In this document: positions 19,102 to 29,234 of the stretch, piece after piece
How positions within the stretch are numbered: the stretch's first letter is position 1
Layout: the number at the start of each line of letters is the position of its first letter
Source: Candidatus Multivorans sp.
Lineage (GTDB): Bacteria > Acidobacteriota > Thermoanaerobaculia > Multivoradales > Multivoraceae
Assembly (NCBI GenBank): GCA_965224025.1
Contig: OZ245033.1
Coordinates: 2,496,001 to 2,560,000 of the forward strand
DNA length: 64,000 nt
Direction: 5' to 3'
Notes under the pieces: generated by a model
Database searches by the model: none
The model's input: only the letters and a program-made list of their open reading frames with translations
Told to the model about the DNA's origin: nothing
Position numbers and translations under genes: made by a program

Positions 19102-20976
19102 ATGAAGACGATGACGCGGTTCGGCGGGAACCACCCTGGCGGGAACATCGGGGCTTTCGGGGCGGCTTTCGCCGTTCTCTGTGGTTCCGCCCTGTCCGCC
19201 CAGGAACCGGCGCCTTCCTCCGAACCGGGGCTGGCGGAGGAACTTGCCTACGTCGTCCTGCAGGCGGTGGTCTACCGCCAGGCCTCCGCGAAGGTGACGC
19301 TCCTGGCCAAGAACGCGGAGGGCGTCGAGCAGGAACTGCCCGTGACCAGCGATGAGTACTACGAGGTGTACCTGTTCGAGCCGGGTCCGTGGTGGGTACG
19401 GCCGGCGCCGGCCAGCGGCTTCTGGGGCCGCGAGACCCTGATCGATCCCGATGCGGCGAGGAGCGGCGGGATCGCCTCGGTCCAGGACGAAGCGGAGGTG
19501 CAACCCGAGGTCGTTCCGGTGTTCGAGATCCCGGCCTACCCCGCGGCGACGGCCAGCGGCCGCGTGGTGGGCGCCTCGCGTCCGGGTGGCACGCTTCGGA
19601 TCGTGCTTGGCGATGTGGATCCGGAGAACACGGACCCGCGGTTCCACGTCCAGCGCGTGGTGGTCAGGTGCCCGGTGGCGGGCGACGGACGCTGGTCGTG
19701 CGAGTTGCCGGCCGCCCTCGTTCACCTCGTGTTCTGGCGGCCCGGGCACTCTCCAGACTACCGGTGGAACGTTCCCCTGCACGATCGGCGGCAGCTCGCC
19801 CTGGGCGATCAGACGCTCGTTCCCGGAGCGAGTCTCGCGGGTTTCGTGGCCGCGGGCCCCGACTTCCAGGGCTTCGTCGACCGCTGTGTCGTTCACGTCG
19901 CACCGGGCGACCCCGGCCTGTGGAGGTCCAGTCTCGAGCCGGTGTTGACGACCGTCGACGTGAGCCGCGACGGCTTCTTCCAGGCGGCGGGCCTGGGCGT
20001 CGGCAGACGCTGGATTCAGGTTGACTGCGACGGCCGGGTTGCGGCGCGGGCGGGACCGTACGAACTGGCCGAGAACGCCGAGACCTTCCCGCGCAAGCGG
20101 GTGCTGCTGGCGCGGAGCCGCCTCCTGGACGTTTTCGTGCAGCCCGCCGATCCGCCCTACGGCAGCCATTGGGTAGCCCTGCTCAAGCAGATCAGGGAGG
20201 ACGATTCGCCGGAGTTCCGGTCCCGCTACGTGAAGAGGGAGTATCCCCAGCAGACAGCCGTCGTCGAGAACGGCCACGCCCGGTTCCACGTCCCCGGCGA
20301 CGGCGCCTTCTCGGTGGAGATCCAGGACGCAATTGGTGGGCGATTCGGCGAGCTGGACTATCTCGAAGTTGTCGTCGACCGGTCCGCGGTTGTCGAACTG
20401 GAGCTGGTGCCCGTCGTTGGCCGGGTGACGCTGGACGGGGTCCCGCTGGCGGGCTACGTGTTCTTCGGCGGGCGCGGCGCGTCGCCGGAGTTGTTCTTCA
20501 AGGTCGCGGAGGATGGGTGGTTCCGGGGTGCGTTGCCCGAGCGGGAGGACTGGCGGGTCGACGTGGCGTCGCCGGCACACGATGTGATGCAGTCGTTCCA
20601 CGACGTCGATGTGCCGGTGAACGAACCCCTGACGCTGGAACTCGCCGACACCGTGGTCCATGGCCGCGTCGTCTTCGCGGAGACCGGTGAACCGGCGGCC
20701 GGCGCGGTCGTTCGCTTCGAAACGACGGACGACCGGATCGTGCATCAGGCCCGCGCCGGCGAGGACGGCGGATTCTCAGCCCGCGGCGTACCTGTCGGCT
20801 GGATCCGCATCTCCGCCTATCCACGGGGTTTGGGCGGACAGTTGGCGAAGGTCTCCGTCGAGGCGGTAGTAAGTTCGTCTGCACCGCTGAACGTGACCCT
20901 GCGGTTGCCGAAACTGGATCTGGAGTCGTTGCGGCCGGGAGCGGCGGCGCCGGTCCGCCGGAACGTCCGGCAGTAG
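19102..20976 (+). CDS. Secreted carboxypeptidase-regulatory-like domain protein
   Basis: Signal peptide and repeated beta-sandwich motifs (VGRVTLDGVPLAG, VHGRVV..TGEPAAGAVV, GEDGGFS). Confidence 0.7.
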   Translation: MKTMTRFGGNHPGGNIGAFGAAFAVLCGSALSAQEPAPSSEPGLAEELAYVVLQAVVYRQASAKVTLLAKNAEGVEQELPVTSDEYYEVYLFEPGPWWVRPAPASGFWGRETLIDPDAARSGGIASVQDEAEVQPEVVPVFEIPAYPAATASGRVVGASRPGGTLRIVLGDVDPENTDPRFHVQRVVVRCPVAGDGRWSCELPAALVHLVFWRPGHSPDYRWNVPLHDRRQLALGDQTLVPGASLAGFVAAGPDFQGFVDRCVVHVAPGDPGLWRSSLEPVLTTVDVSRDGFFQAAGLGVGRRWIQVDCDGRVAARAGPYELAENAETFPRKRVLLARSRLLDVFVQPADPPYGSHWVALLKQIREDDSPEFRSRYVKREYPQQTAVVENGHARFHVPGDGAFSVEIQDAIGGRFGELDYLEVVVDRSAVVELELVPVVGRVTLDGVPLAGYVFFGGRGASPELFFKVAEDGWFRGALPEREDWRVDVASPAHDVMQSFHDVDVPVNEPLTLELADTVVHGRVVFAETGEPAAGAVVRFETTDDRIVHQARAGEDGGFSARGVPVGWIRISAYPRGLGGQLAKVSVEAVVSSSAPLNVTLRLPKLDLESLRPGAAAPVRRNVRQ

Positions 20977-21019
20977 CTCGCCTAGCGGGGCCGTTCGGCC
21001 GGTGGTACCCTGCGCCGCC

Positions 21020-22216
21020 ATGACTGGTCCGCTCGACGGTTTCCGGGTGATCGAACTGGCGACCATGGTGTCGGCGCCGATCGCCACCATGCTGCTGGCG
21101 GATCAGGGCGCCGAGGTGATCAAGGTCGAGGCGCCGCCGCACGGCGACATCATGCGTCGCCTCGGACCGCAGCGAGGGGGAGTCACGGCCGGGTTCGCGA
21201 CGATCAACCGCGGCAAACGGTCCCTGGTGCTCGACCTGAAGCATGAGCGCGGCATCGGCATCCTCCACGACCTGCTGCGAACGGCCGACGTCTTCGTGCA
21301 GAACTTCCGGCCCGGGGTGGTCGACCGGCTCGGGCTCGGCGCCGAGCGGCTGCGCGAGATCAACTCGAGGCTGGTCTACGTGTCGATCAGCGGTTTCGGA
21401 CAGGACGGTCCGTACGCCCAGAAGCGGGTCTACGACCCGATCATCCAGGCCCTGTCCGGCTTCGCCGACATCCAGGCCGACCGGGTCACGGGCGAGCCGA
21501 AGATGGTGCGCACGATCATCCCCGACAAGGTCACCGGGCTCACCGCGGCCCAGGCGATCACGGCGGCGCTGCTTGCGCGCGAGCGCGCCGGCGAGGGCCA
21601 GCACCTCGGCCAACACCTCGAGATTGCCATGCTCGACGCGACGATCTCCTTCGTCTGGCCCGAAGGCTTCGTGCGCCAGATCCTGGTCGGCGGCGAAGTG
21701 GCGCACGGACGCCCGGGATCGACCAGCGACCTGATCTACCGGACCGCGGACGGCTACATCACCGCGTCGACGATCTCGGACGCCGAGTGGGAGGGCATGG
21801 CGCGCGCCACCGGACACCTCGAATGGCTGGAGGACGAGCGCTACAACACGGCCGCGGGCAGAATCTCGAACGCCGACCAGCGACTCGGGATGGTTGGCGA
21901 CGTGCTGCGCCAACGCACGTCCGCGGAATGGATCGAGGCCTTGGAGGCGGAGGATGTCCCCTGCGCCCCGATCCTGACCCGCAACCAGGTCCTGACCGAC
22001 CCGCAGGTGGTCCGCAACGAACTGCTGCGGGAACTCGACCATCCCCAGGTCGGCCGCATGCGCCTGCCGCGCGCGGCGGCGAAGTTCTCGGGCACGCCGC
22101 CGGAGCCGGCGGCGGCATCGCCCGTCCTCGGCGAGGGAGCCGACGACCTGCTGGGCGGCCTTGGGCTGAGCGAGGCCGAGCTCAAGGCGCTGCGGCGCGA
22201 GAAGATCGTCGGCTAA
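21020..22216 (+). CDS. CaiB/BaiF family III CoA transferase
   Basis: PLDGFRVIEL, LADQGAEVIKVE, NRGKRS, DVFVQNFRPG, SISGFGQDGP. Confidence 0.95.
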   Translation: MTGPLDGFRVIELATMVSAPIATMLLADQGAEVIKVEAPPHGDIMRRLGPQRGGVTAGFATINRGKRSLVLDLKHERGIGILHDLLRTADVFVQNFRPGVVDRLGLGAERLREINSRLVYVSISGFGQDGPYAQKRVYDPIIQALSGFADIQADRVTGEPKMVRTIIPDKVTGLTAAQAITAALLARERAGEGQHLGQHLEIAMLDATISFVWPEGFVRQILVGGEVAHGRPGSTSDLIYRTADGYITASTISDAEWEGMARATGHLEWLEDERYNTAAGRISNADQRLGMVGDVLRQRTSAEWIEALEAEDVPCAPILTRNQVLTDPQVVRNELLRELDHPQVGRMRLPRAAAKFSGTPPEPAAASPVLGEGADDLLGGLGLSEAELKALRREKIVG

Positions 22217-22253
22217 GCGTCGGCGTCGGCGTCGGTGGCACCCGCCCGCTGTC

Positions 22254-22416
22254 GGGGCTCCGGGGGGAGGTCTCCCAGGTGCCGTTCGCGCTTTGTCGGA
22301 TTGCGAAGGGGGGTGCGCTCGCTGCACTCCGCTCGCTTCGATCAGGCGTCGCTTTCCCTGATGTCGTCGGCCGTCGCTCGCTTCGAGCCACCTGGGAAAC
22401 CTCCCCCCGGAGCCCC
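22254..22416. repeat. 163-bp MITE/REP-like element with 28-bp terminal inverted repeats
   Basis: GGGGCTCCGGGGGGAGGTCTCCCAGGTG (22254-22281) pairs with 22389-22416 at 27/28 positions, between convergent genes. Confidence 0.75.
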
Positions 22417-22536
22417 TGGCGCGGGCTGGACGGCGGTGCCCCGAATGAGGCCGAGCACCGACGTGTCTACTGGGTGCGCCGGCCCTCTGGCCGGCATCCG
22501 CCGCAGCGACGTCGCGTGGACGCTAGGAGTACGGCT

Positions 22537-23424
22537 TCAGAGAGTCGCGTGGCCTGCGACCAAGGCGGCCCAGATCAATGGCAGCACGATCAGGGAACCT
22601 AGAAAGAGTGTTCGGGCGCGTGGGTCGCTGCGCTTGCTTGCGAAGAGAATGGCGAGTACAACGAAGGCCGCGCTGAAGCCGGCGGCTGTAGCGGCGAAGG
22701 CCGCCGAAGTCAGACCGACGACGGTGGCAAGCAGGCACACACCGACCAGTACGAGGGCCCAGAGGAGGGAGTGCACCGCGGTGCGGCGCCCGTCCGGATC
22801 GACGGCCGCCAGGACCCTGAAACCGGCGCGGGCATAGTCGTCGCGGTAGAGCCAGGCCAGGGAATGGAAGTGGGGTAGTTGCCAGGCGAAGACGATGGCG
22901 AACAGCAGCCAGGCTTCCACGGTCAGGGCGCCGCGGGCGGCGGCCCATCCGATCACCGGGGGCAGCGCGCCCGGTACGGCGCCGACCAGGACTGCCCAGG
23001 TGGAGCGCCGCTTCATCGGGGTGTAGATCCAGGCGTAGCTGACCAGGGTCGCCAGCGCGACGCTCGTTGCGACCAGGTTGACTCCGAACGCAAGTAGGAT
23101 CAGACCCGCCACGCTCAGGATCGTGGCGAAGAGTCGGCCTCCCGCCGGCGAGATACCGCCGACGGGCAGTGGGCGCGAGCGGGTACGCACCATCAGCGCG
23201 TCCAGATCGCGTTCCGCGACCTGGTTGAAGGCGGCGCCGCCGCCAGCCACGAGCGCGGAGCCCGCGAGGACAAAGAGCAACACGACCAGGTCGAGTTCGG
23301 GCGCTCCGAGGTAGTAGCCGATGCCGACGGTGGCGACGGCCAGCGCATTGAGCCTTGGCTTGGCCAGCGCGAGCAATACCGAGGCGCGCCCCGGATGCGC
23401 AGCCGCGGCGGCCAGGAGCGTCAC
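22537..23424 (-). CDS. ctaB: Protoheme IX farnesyltransferase (heme O synthase)
   Basis: KPRL, NQVAERDLDALMVRTRSRPLP, YTPMKR, GAVPGALPPVIGWAA, WQLPHF. GTG overlaps the ctaA stop. Confidence 0.93.
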   Translation of the reverse strand: MTLLAAAAAHPGRASVLLALAKPRLNALAVATVGIGYYLGAPELDLVVLLFVLAGSALVAGGGAAFNQVAERDLDALMVRTRSRPLPVGGISPAGGRLFATILSVAGLILLAFGVNLVATSVALATLVSYAWIYTPMKRRSTWAVLVGAVPGALPPVIGWAAARGALTVEAWLLFAIVFAWQLPHFHSLAWLYRDDYARAGFRVLAAVDPDGRRTAVHSLLWALVLVGVCLLATVVGLTSAAFAATAAGFSAAFVVLAILFASKRSDPRARTLFLGSLIVLPLIWAALVAGHATL

Positions 23425-24398
23425 GCCCTTGCCTGCCGCGGCGCGCCGGCGGCGTTGGCCACCAAGTCCGCGGCCGGGATGGACTGCTCGTCGCCGAACC
23501 AGGCCCGGTGGACGCGAAGCGCCAGGGTCGCTGAAACGACCCACACCAGAGCGCCGGTGGCGACATGGGCCGTGTTGATGTGGGGCTGCAGACCGCTCCA
23601 GACGGTCCATGCGCCCAGGCCGATCTGAACCAGTAGCACAGCGCCAAGAAGCATCGCGGGATGGACGAGTTCAGACCGGTGGCGGTGCTGGCCGAAGACC
23701 CGGACGATCAGAGCGATGGCGGCTATGGTCACGGCCACCGCGCCCAGTCGATGCGCGAAGTGGAGACCGATGCCGAGGCTCCACACGGGCGGCGGGAGCC
23801 GTCCGAAGGCGAGCGGGAAGTCCGGAATCGCCAGTCCCGCATCGTTGTGGCGCATGGTCGCGCCGAGCAGGATCTGACCGTAGACGCAGGCTGGGACGAT
23901 CACGGCGAGGCGGCCCAGAACCTGATCGTGCAGCGGCTGGGCGCGCCCGTAGCGAGTTCGCCACCCCGGCGACGTAAACACACCCAGGCTGACCACCAGG
24001 GCGAAGAAGAGTTGAGCCAGTCCCGCGTGGCTGATCGAGACCGGCTTCGGCAGCAGGTAGATCACGGTGATGCCGCCGAGCAGACCCTGCGCCACGACTG
24101 CAGCCAGCGCGCCCCAGGCCAGACGCCGCACCCAGGCGCGTCTCTCGACGCGCGCGGTCCAGACCGCCAGACCGATCGTCAGCAGTCCGACCACGCTCGC
24201 GATCAGCCGGTGACCGTGCTCGTAGACGATGCCGCCGACCATCTTCGAGAACGGGAAGGAGAACATGAAGTAGCCGTACGTGTTCGGCCAGTCGGGGACC
24301 GCGAGCCCCGAGTCCGTGCTGGTGACCAGACCGCCCGCCGCGATCAGCAGCAGGGATGCCGCGGCCAGCAGCCGGAGGTAGTAGTGCAGCCAGCGCAC
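23421..24398 (-). CDS. ctaA: Heme A synthase (COX15/CtaA)
   Basis: GGLVTSTDSGLAVPDWP, EHGHR, QGLLGG, HAGLA, HFAHR, HVATG. Confidence 0.9.
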   Translation of the reverse strand: MRWLHYYLRLLAAASLLLIAAGGLVTSTDSGLAVPDWPNTYGYFMFSFPFSKMVGGIVYEHGHRLIASVVGLLTIGLAVWTARVERRAWVRRLAWGALAAVVAQGLLGGITVIYLLPKPVSISHAGLAQLFFALVVSLGVFTSPGWRTRYGRAQPLHDQVLGRLAVIVPACVYGQILLGATMRHNDAGLAIPDFPLAFGRLPPPVWSLGIGLHFAHRLGAVAVTIAAIALIVRVFGQHRHRSELVHPAMLLGAVLLVQIGLGAWTVWSGLQPHINTAHVATGALVWVVSATLALRVHRAWFGDEQSIPAADLVANAAGAPRQARA

Positions 24399-24467
24399 GA
24401 CCGGTGGACTCTACATTCGAGACCGTGGCGCCCGCCAGTCCGTCCATGGCTGCGCTGCTTTGCGGCT

Positions 24468-24917
24468 CTAGTCCCGGGACTCTGGCTTGAGCAGGAGGAT
24501 TCGGTTGTCGCTGGCGCCTGGTACGGCCGCGATCGGTATCGAGTCGTCGAAGGTGGCCAGTACGCCGTCGTTGTGCACCGCCAAGGCCAGCAGGTAGACG
24601 TCCGTGATCTGGCGGTACCCGCGAATCGACCCGGCGGTGAGGTGCTCGCGTTCACGCAGCGATAGCGAGTCAGGCCAGAAGACGTGATCGCCGGTCTGGC
24701 AGAAGACTCTCAGGCGCTCAGACGCGTCCGCCACGGTCGTTCGGCGTCCCGGATAGTTCGGGTTCGCCACGATCCGGACGAAGCCGTTCTCGGTCAGCGG
24801 GCAGGTTGACCAAGAGCCACGTGCGCGACGTCCGAACCATGCATGGGCCGTTTCGTAGTGGATGTGATCCGGGTCGAAGAGCGCGATCAGGACGTTGACA
24901 TCGAGCAGCGTGGTCAA
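24468..24917 (-). CDS. vapC: VapC PIN-domain toxin
   Basis: LLDVNVLIAL, TCPLTENGFVR, TDVYLLALA, LATFD. Confidence 0.9.
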   Translation of the reverse strand: MTTLLDVNVLIALFDPDHIHYETAHAWFGRRARGSWSTCPLTENGFVRIVANPNYPGRRTTVADASERLRVFCQTGDHVFWPDSLSLREREHLTAGSIRGYRQITDVYLLALAVHNDGVLATFDDSIPIAAVPGASDNRILLLKPESRD

Positions 24918-25144
24918 GTCTCGTCGTCTCGAAGGGCATTGACTGCGGCGAGGGAGACCGGCCGGGCACCGTCACGTGGCGGCAGGAGGGGAACGCCGTT
25001 TCGCTTCTTGAGTCGGTCGTCCGGGGGCGCCAGCGCCTTCCTGGCCAGGTCCGAGACGACTTGACCCACAGGCACACTGCGCTGCGCTGCGAGTTCCTTG
25101 GCGGCCCAGAGGACATCTTCGTCGAGGTTCAGAGTGGTGCGCAT
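24914..25144 (-). CDS. VapB-type (CopG/RHH) antitoxin
   Basis: MRTTLNLDEDVL..AKELA...GQVVSDLARKAL...RNGVPLL. Overlaps the toxin start. Confidence 0.85.
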   Translation of the reverse strand: MRTTLNLDEDVLWAAKELAAQRSVPVGQVVSDLARKALAPPDDRLKKRNGVPLLPPRDGARPVSLAAVNALRDDET

Positions 25145-25188
25145 GGCGGTAGCATCACGCATCACGCATCTGATGTCAACGGGACGGT

Positions 25189-25415
25189 CTATGTCGCCGT
25201 CCCGGACTCCGCTCGGATCGCCGGGCCGTGCCGGTCGAGTTCGGGCCGTTCCAGCACCTCTTTGCACAGCCGCACGAATTCGCGGTCGTTCTGGACTCCG
25301 ATCAGGACGGAATCGCCGTCGCCGAGCTGGAACAGCCCGTAGGGCACGATCGTCGGGTGGCCGAGGCCGACCCGTGGCCAGTCGAGGCCCTGATGTTCGA
25401 AGCGCAAGACGTCAT
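25189..25415 (-). pseudogene. Fragment of a CaiB/BaiF CoA transferase
   Basis: RVGLGHPTIVPYGLF..GDG..VLIGVQNDREF.RLC..VLERPEL is an internal CaiB segment. Both ends are missing. Confidence 0.65.
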
Positions 25416-26092
25416 CGCCAAGCGAAGACCGGCTGCTCGTAGTGAGCGACGCGGACGTCGTTGCCGCGCAGGACAACCTCGAGCATCTGGTAGACGATCG
25501 CCGCGGTCGGCGCATGGACGAGGCCGCCGCGGATCGGCATCGAGAGCACGGGATTCTCGCTCTCGGGAATCTCCCGCAGCACCGGCACGTCGGGCCGGTC
25601 AAGGTCGATCAGCGGGATGCGGTAGGCGCGGTAGACCTCGTCGGGGTTCGGCTGCAGTTCGCGGTAGTCGTCGCACCAGAACACGATCGGCGTGATGACG
25701 AAGCCGGAGCGGGTACCGAAGTCGTCGAGCCGGCCCAGGACGGTGCCGGGTTCGAGGTCCAGGCCGACCTCTTCGTGGAGTTCGCGCAGGGCCGCTTGCT
25801 CGGGGGTCTCCGCCTCGTCGATGCGGCCGCCTGGAAGTGCCCACTGACCGCGATGGCGGCGGAGCCTCAGGGAGCGCCGGGTGAGCAGGAAGCAGCCACG
25901 CCCGCCCTTGTCCGGCAGCAGGGTGATCGCTACCGCGGCATGGGCGTTGGCCGGCACGGCGCCGGTGTGCCCCGAGGCTTCCGCGGCCCGCGCCGCAGCC
26001 GCTTCAGGATCGAGCTTCCGCCGCTCGAAGCGCTCCAGGTTCCGCTCAGCGTGGGCGTGGAGTTCCGGGCCGTGCCGCGCGGGGAAGCTCAC
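25412..26092 (-). CDS. NUDIX CoA pyrophosphatase
   Basis: LLTRRS..LRRHRGQWALPGG, Nudix box ALRELHEEVGL, NPDEV, TAAI. Confidence 0.9.
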   Translation of the reverse strand: MSFPARHGPELHAHAERNLERFERRKLDPEAAAARAAEASGHTGAVPANAHAAVAITLLPDKGGRGCFLLTRRSLRLRRHRGQWALPGGRIDEAETPEQAALRELHEEVGLDLEPGTVLGRLDDFGTRSGFVITPIVFWCDDYRELQPNPDEVYRAYRIPLIDLDRPDVPVLREIPESENPVLSMPIRGGLVHAPTAAIVYQMLEVVLRGNDVRVAHYEQPVFAWR

Positions 26093-26114
26093 GTAGTGGC
26101 GGGTGCCGGACCGG

Positions 26115-27161
26115 TCAAGGCGCCTCCTCGCGGATCAGCTCGACGACCCGCCCGAGGGTATCGAGTCGTTCGGTCACCGTGGCGCCGGCCGGGCTGAGAC
26201 GCAACGTCGTCACGCCGGCGTCCCGATGGGCGCGGATGCGGCTGCGGATCCGGGCCTCGTCGCCGATCAGGGTGTTGCCGAGCACCATCTCGTCGGGAAC
26301 GCGCGCCGCGGCTTCCTCCCGCTTGCGGGCGATCCACAGCGCCTGCACTTCGCGGGCCGCCTCGACGAAACCGGCGCGGCGGTAGGCGTCGTTGTAGAAG
26401 TTGGTCCGCGCCGAGCCCATCGCGCCCAGGGTGAAGGCCATGGCCGGCTTGCGGCGGGCCGCCATCCGCTCCAGGTCGTCGCCGAACTCGACTTCGCCGC
26501 CGACCTGGATGTCGATGTCGTCGAGGCTGCGACCGGCGCGCTCGGCCCCCGTGCGCATTGAGGGAAAGAACGCCTCCGCGTGTTCCGGGATGAACGAGGT
26601 GCCGAGCCAGCCGTCGGCCACCTCGCCGGTGAACTCGAGCGACTTCGGTCCGAGCGTCGCCAGGTAGATCGGCGGTTGCGGCCGTGGAGGCTGCGACATG
26701 CGGATCGCCTTGCCCTCGCCACCCGGCCTCGGCAGGGTGTAGTGCTGGCCGTCGTAGGCGATCTTCTCGCCGGAGAGAGCGATCTTCAGGATGTCGATGT
26801 ACTCCCGGAGACGGCCCAGGGGCTTCGCGAAGGCGGTGCCGTGCAATCCCTCGACCACCTGGGGGCCGCTGACGCCGAGGCCGAGGACGAACCGGTCCTT
26901 CGACATCGAGGCCAGGGACATCGCGGTCATCGCCGTCATCGACGGCGCCCGCGCCGAGATCTGCATGATGCCGGTGCCGAGCCGGATGCGCTCCGTGCGC
27001 GCGGCGAGGTAGGCGAGAGGGGTCACCGCGTCGGTGCCCCAGGCCTCGGCCGACCAGACATCGTCCACGCCGAGGCGATCCGCCTCGACGACGTACTCGG
27101 TGAGCGCCTCCCAGTCCGTTCCCGAGGCATAGGCGCTCCCTATGCCGATCGCGGTCCGCAT
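26115..27161 (-). CDS. LLM-class (F420/flavin-dependent) oxidoreductase
   Basis: VWSAEAWGTDA, LGTGIMQ, LGLGVSGPQVVEGLHG, GEVADGW. Confidence 0.9.
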   Translation of the reverse strand: MRTAIGIGSAYASGTDWEALTEYVVEADRLGVDDVWSAEAWGTDAVTPLAYLAARTERIRLGTGIMQISARAPSMTAMTAMSLASMSKDRFVLGLGVSGPQVVEGLHGTAFAKPLGRLREYIDILKIALSGEKIAYDGQHYTLPRPGGEGKAIRMSQPPRPQPPIYLATLGPKSLEFTGEVADGWLGTSFIPEHAEAFFPSMRTGAERAGRSLDDIDIQVGGEVEFGDDLERMAARRKPAMAFTLGAMGSARTNFYNDAYRRAGFVEAAREVQALWIARKREEAAARVPDEMVLGNTLIGDEARIRSRIRAHRDAGVTTLRLSPAGATVTERLDTLGRVVELIREEAP

Positions 27162-27189
27162 CGATTCTTCCTCCTTGGTTCAGGCAGCT

Positions 27190-27771
27190 CTACTGAACGG
27201 CCGTGGCGCGGACGTAGATCAGTTTGCGGATGTCCGGACGGGGGTCTTGAGTGCGGGTGTGCAGCATCACCTCCAGTTCGCTTCCGTCCTTCGACAGTTG
27301 CCAGGTTTCGGTGATGTCGAAGTCGCCGAACGGTGTGACTCTCGTGTAGGAGACGGAGAGCTTGTTCTTGCGCCACTTCACGCGGGCGGTGCGCGTACCG
27401 CCCTGGAAATCGGGCATCTCTGCGGGCTTGCCGTCGGTGGTGAGGTTCTGGGTGAACTGGACTGGCGCCGGGAGGTTTCCGCCCCGCATGGTGTAGTTCA
27501 TGATCAGGTCTTCCCCGGTCAGGGCGATGTCGAGTTCGAGGTCGAGCGTGTTCGGCCGTTCGCGGCCGGCGCGGCTCGGGGCCAGGGAGTCGCTGCGCTC
27601 GTTGTCGAGTTGCCAGATTCCGGCGAAGCCCTCGTTGGCGGCGGCCAGCGGCGCGGCGCCGAGCGAGGCGACGGTGAGGGCCACGGCCACGACGGAGGCT
27701 GCCAACCTTGTCGCTGTGAAGGAGCGGGGAGGGTGGCGAGGGCTGGTACGAGTGGGGACCGTCTTGTTCAT
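27190..27771 (-). CDS. Secreted hypothetical protein (lipocalin-like beta protein)
   Basis: Signal peptide, FAGIWQLDNERSD, TETWQLSKDG. AGGAG RBS. Confidence 0.7.
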   Translation of the reverse strand: MNKTVPTRTSPRHPPRSFTATRLAASVVAVALTVASLGAAPLAAANEGFAGIWQLDNERSDSLAPSRAGRERPNTLDLELDIALTGEDLIMNYTMRGGNLPAPVQFTQNLTTDGKPAEMPDFQGGTRTARVKWRKNKLSVSYTRVTPFGDFDITETWQLSKDGSELEVMLHTRTQDPRPDIRKLIYVRATAVQ

Positions 27772-28029
27772 GGATGTCTCCTGACGGCAGGTACCGACGA
27801 TGCCGGTTGCTGTCCGCGGCGTTGGGCTGACCTCGATCTCGATGTCGGCCGCGTTCGGTTACGGCCGGTCATGGCGACCCGGCCAGGGAGCATCGCTGCG
27901 TGCGGTGTCCTTCCGCCAGATGCCGACCATGCGTCGAGAGTGGATCGCTCGGCTGGGGGCGGTCTGGTTCATGGGCATCTCCTTGCGGTCGGCGTTGTCC
28001 ACATCGGCGATGACGGTAAGATCCCGCCA

Positions 28030-28735
28030 TCCTAGCGCGCTTGCGCAGCAGCGCGGCCACCCGGTGGTTGATGTACTCGGAGCCGTTGTCGGCGTGGAGC
28101 CCCGGATGGTGAAGGGGAAACCTCGATCGATCCTTCCAGGGCCGGAACCAGAAACGCTCCGAAATGCCTTCTACAGCGGCCACGAACTCGTACTGCGTGA
28201 CCTCGTCCACGAGATTGATTTCGTACAGACCCTTCTCCCCGTCCAGGTCGCCCTGATGGACCGAATCCACTCGCAGAAACTCCGGCCGACCGGCGGGATG
28301 AGGCTTGCGGCGCTCTCCGATCTGTACCTGCGTCGACCGCGTCCTGACCACCACAAGGCGGCGCCGCCGGTACGTCGTCGACTCGCGAAGCCGGTACAGA
28401 TGGCTGTTCGAGAGCCCCGCCAGGCGCTCGAACCGCACATCCCCGAACACCGCGTACTGGCGCTGCATCATGCGCCGGGTCACCGCGCCGCACAGACCGC
28501 CAAGGGTCTCGGCCACCGCGGCCAGCAGGCCGATGTCCGCCTTCGTGTAGCGCCGGGGAAACGGACGCTTCGGACCCCGGCGCCGGTCCTCGATGCGCCC
28601 CGTCTCCCGGTACTGGAAGATCAACCGCGCCCCGGACGATTCGACTCTCAGGGCCAAAGTACTGCCAACTTGGCCATACCCCACACCTCAGCCCTGACTT
28701 CACGGTGACTTTGGAATGGTTCTGATGGGACAAGT
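28030..28735 (-). mobile_element. Degenerate rve-integrase-type IS transposase remnant
   Basis: IGERRKPHP.GRP..LRVDSVHQGD..G.KG.Y.INLVDEVTQ, HADNGSEYIN (DDE core). Frameshifted and truncated. Confidence 0.75.
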
Positions 28736-28832
28736 GGATGGGACAAGGCTCGGCCTTGACAAGCCCACGTCCGAGCCTGTAGCTTCATCTTCTGTATAGT
28801 AACAAACGATAGTCTTGGAAGAGGATCTATCT

Positions 28833-29234
28833 ATGATTGCGAACCGACACCGAAGAGCGAACAATGAGTCAAGCTCCCTGAACTTGGTCCCCGCTTTGCT
28901 GCTTGTTCGGTCGTCGGGGATGCGGGGGTTCGCACGTGATGGGTTCTTGCGAGGAGCGTCCAGAGGAGGGCTCCAGTGGAGTTGACTCCTGCCAGACGGG
29001 CCTCTACCACTACACTCAGTCGGGTTGCACAGAGGGTGACCTTGGATGCGATATCGGTCGCGCTTGGACGACAACGGGCGTAGACGGTTGGTACTACGCC
29101 TCCGCCATGTGCGGCAACGGCAAGCTCTTGGAGTGCAGCGGAGACGGATATGCGTATGCGTGGTTCGACGGAGACAAAGCCGGCGTTCGCCGCCGAAGAG
29201 GGGCTTTGACCACGGCGACGACCGCTGCTACTAG
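28833..29234 (+). pseudogene. Small Cys-rich secreted protein, frameshifted
   Basis: GAGGA RBS and ATG 28833 (…LNLVPALLLV), then in shifted frames GSCEE..DSCQ..GCTEGDLGC..MCGNGKLLEC and DHGDDRCY*. Confidence 0.4.

Noticed and set aside
21595-21620. 12-nt tandem duplication (GQHLGQHL) in the CoA transferase
   Set aside because: Small in-frame duplication with no evident functional meaning.
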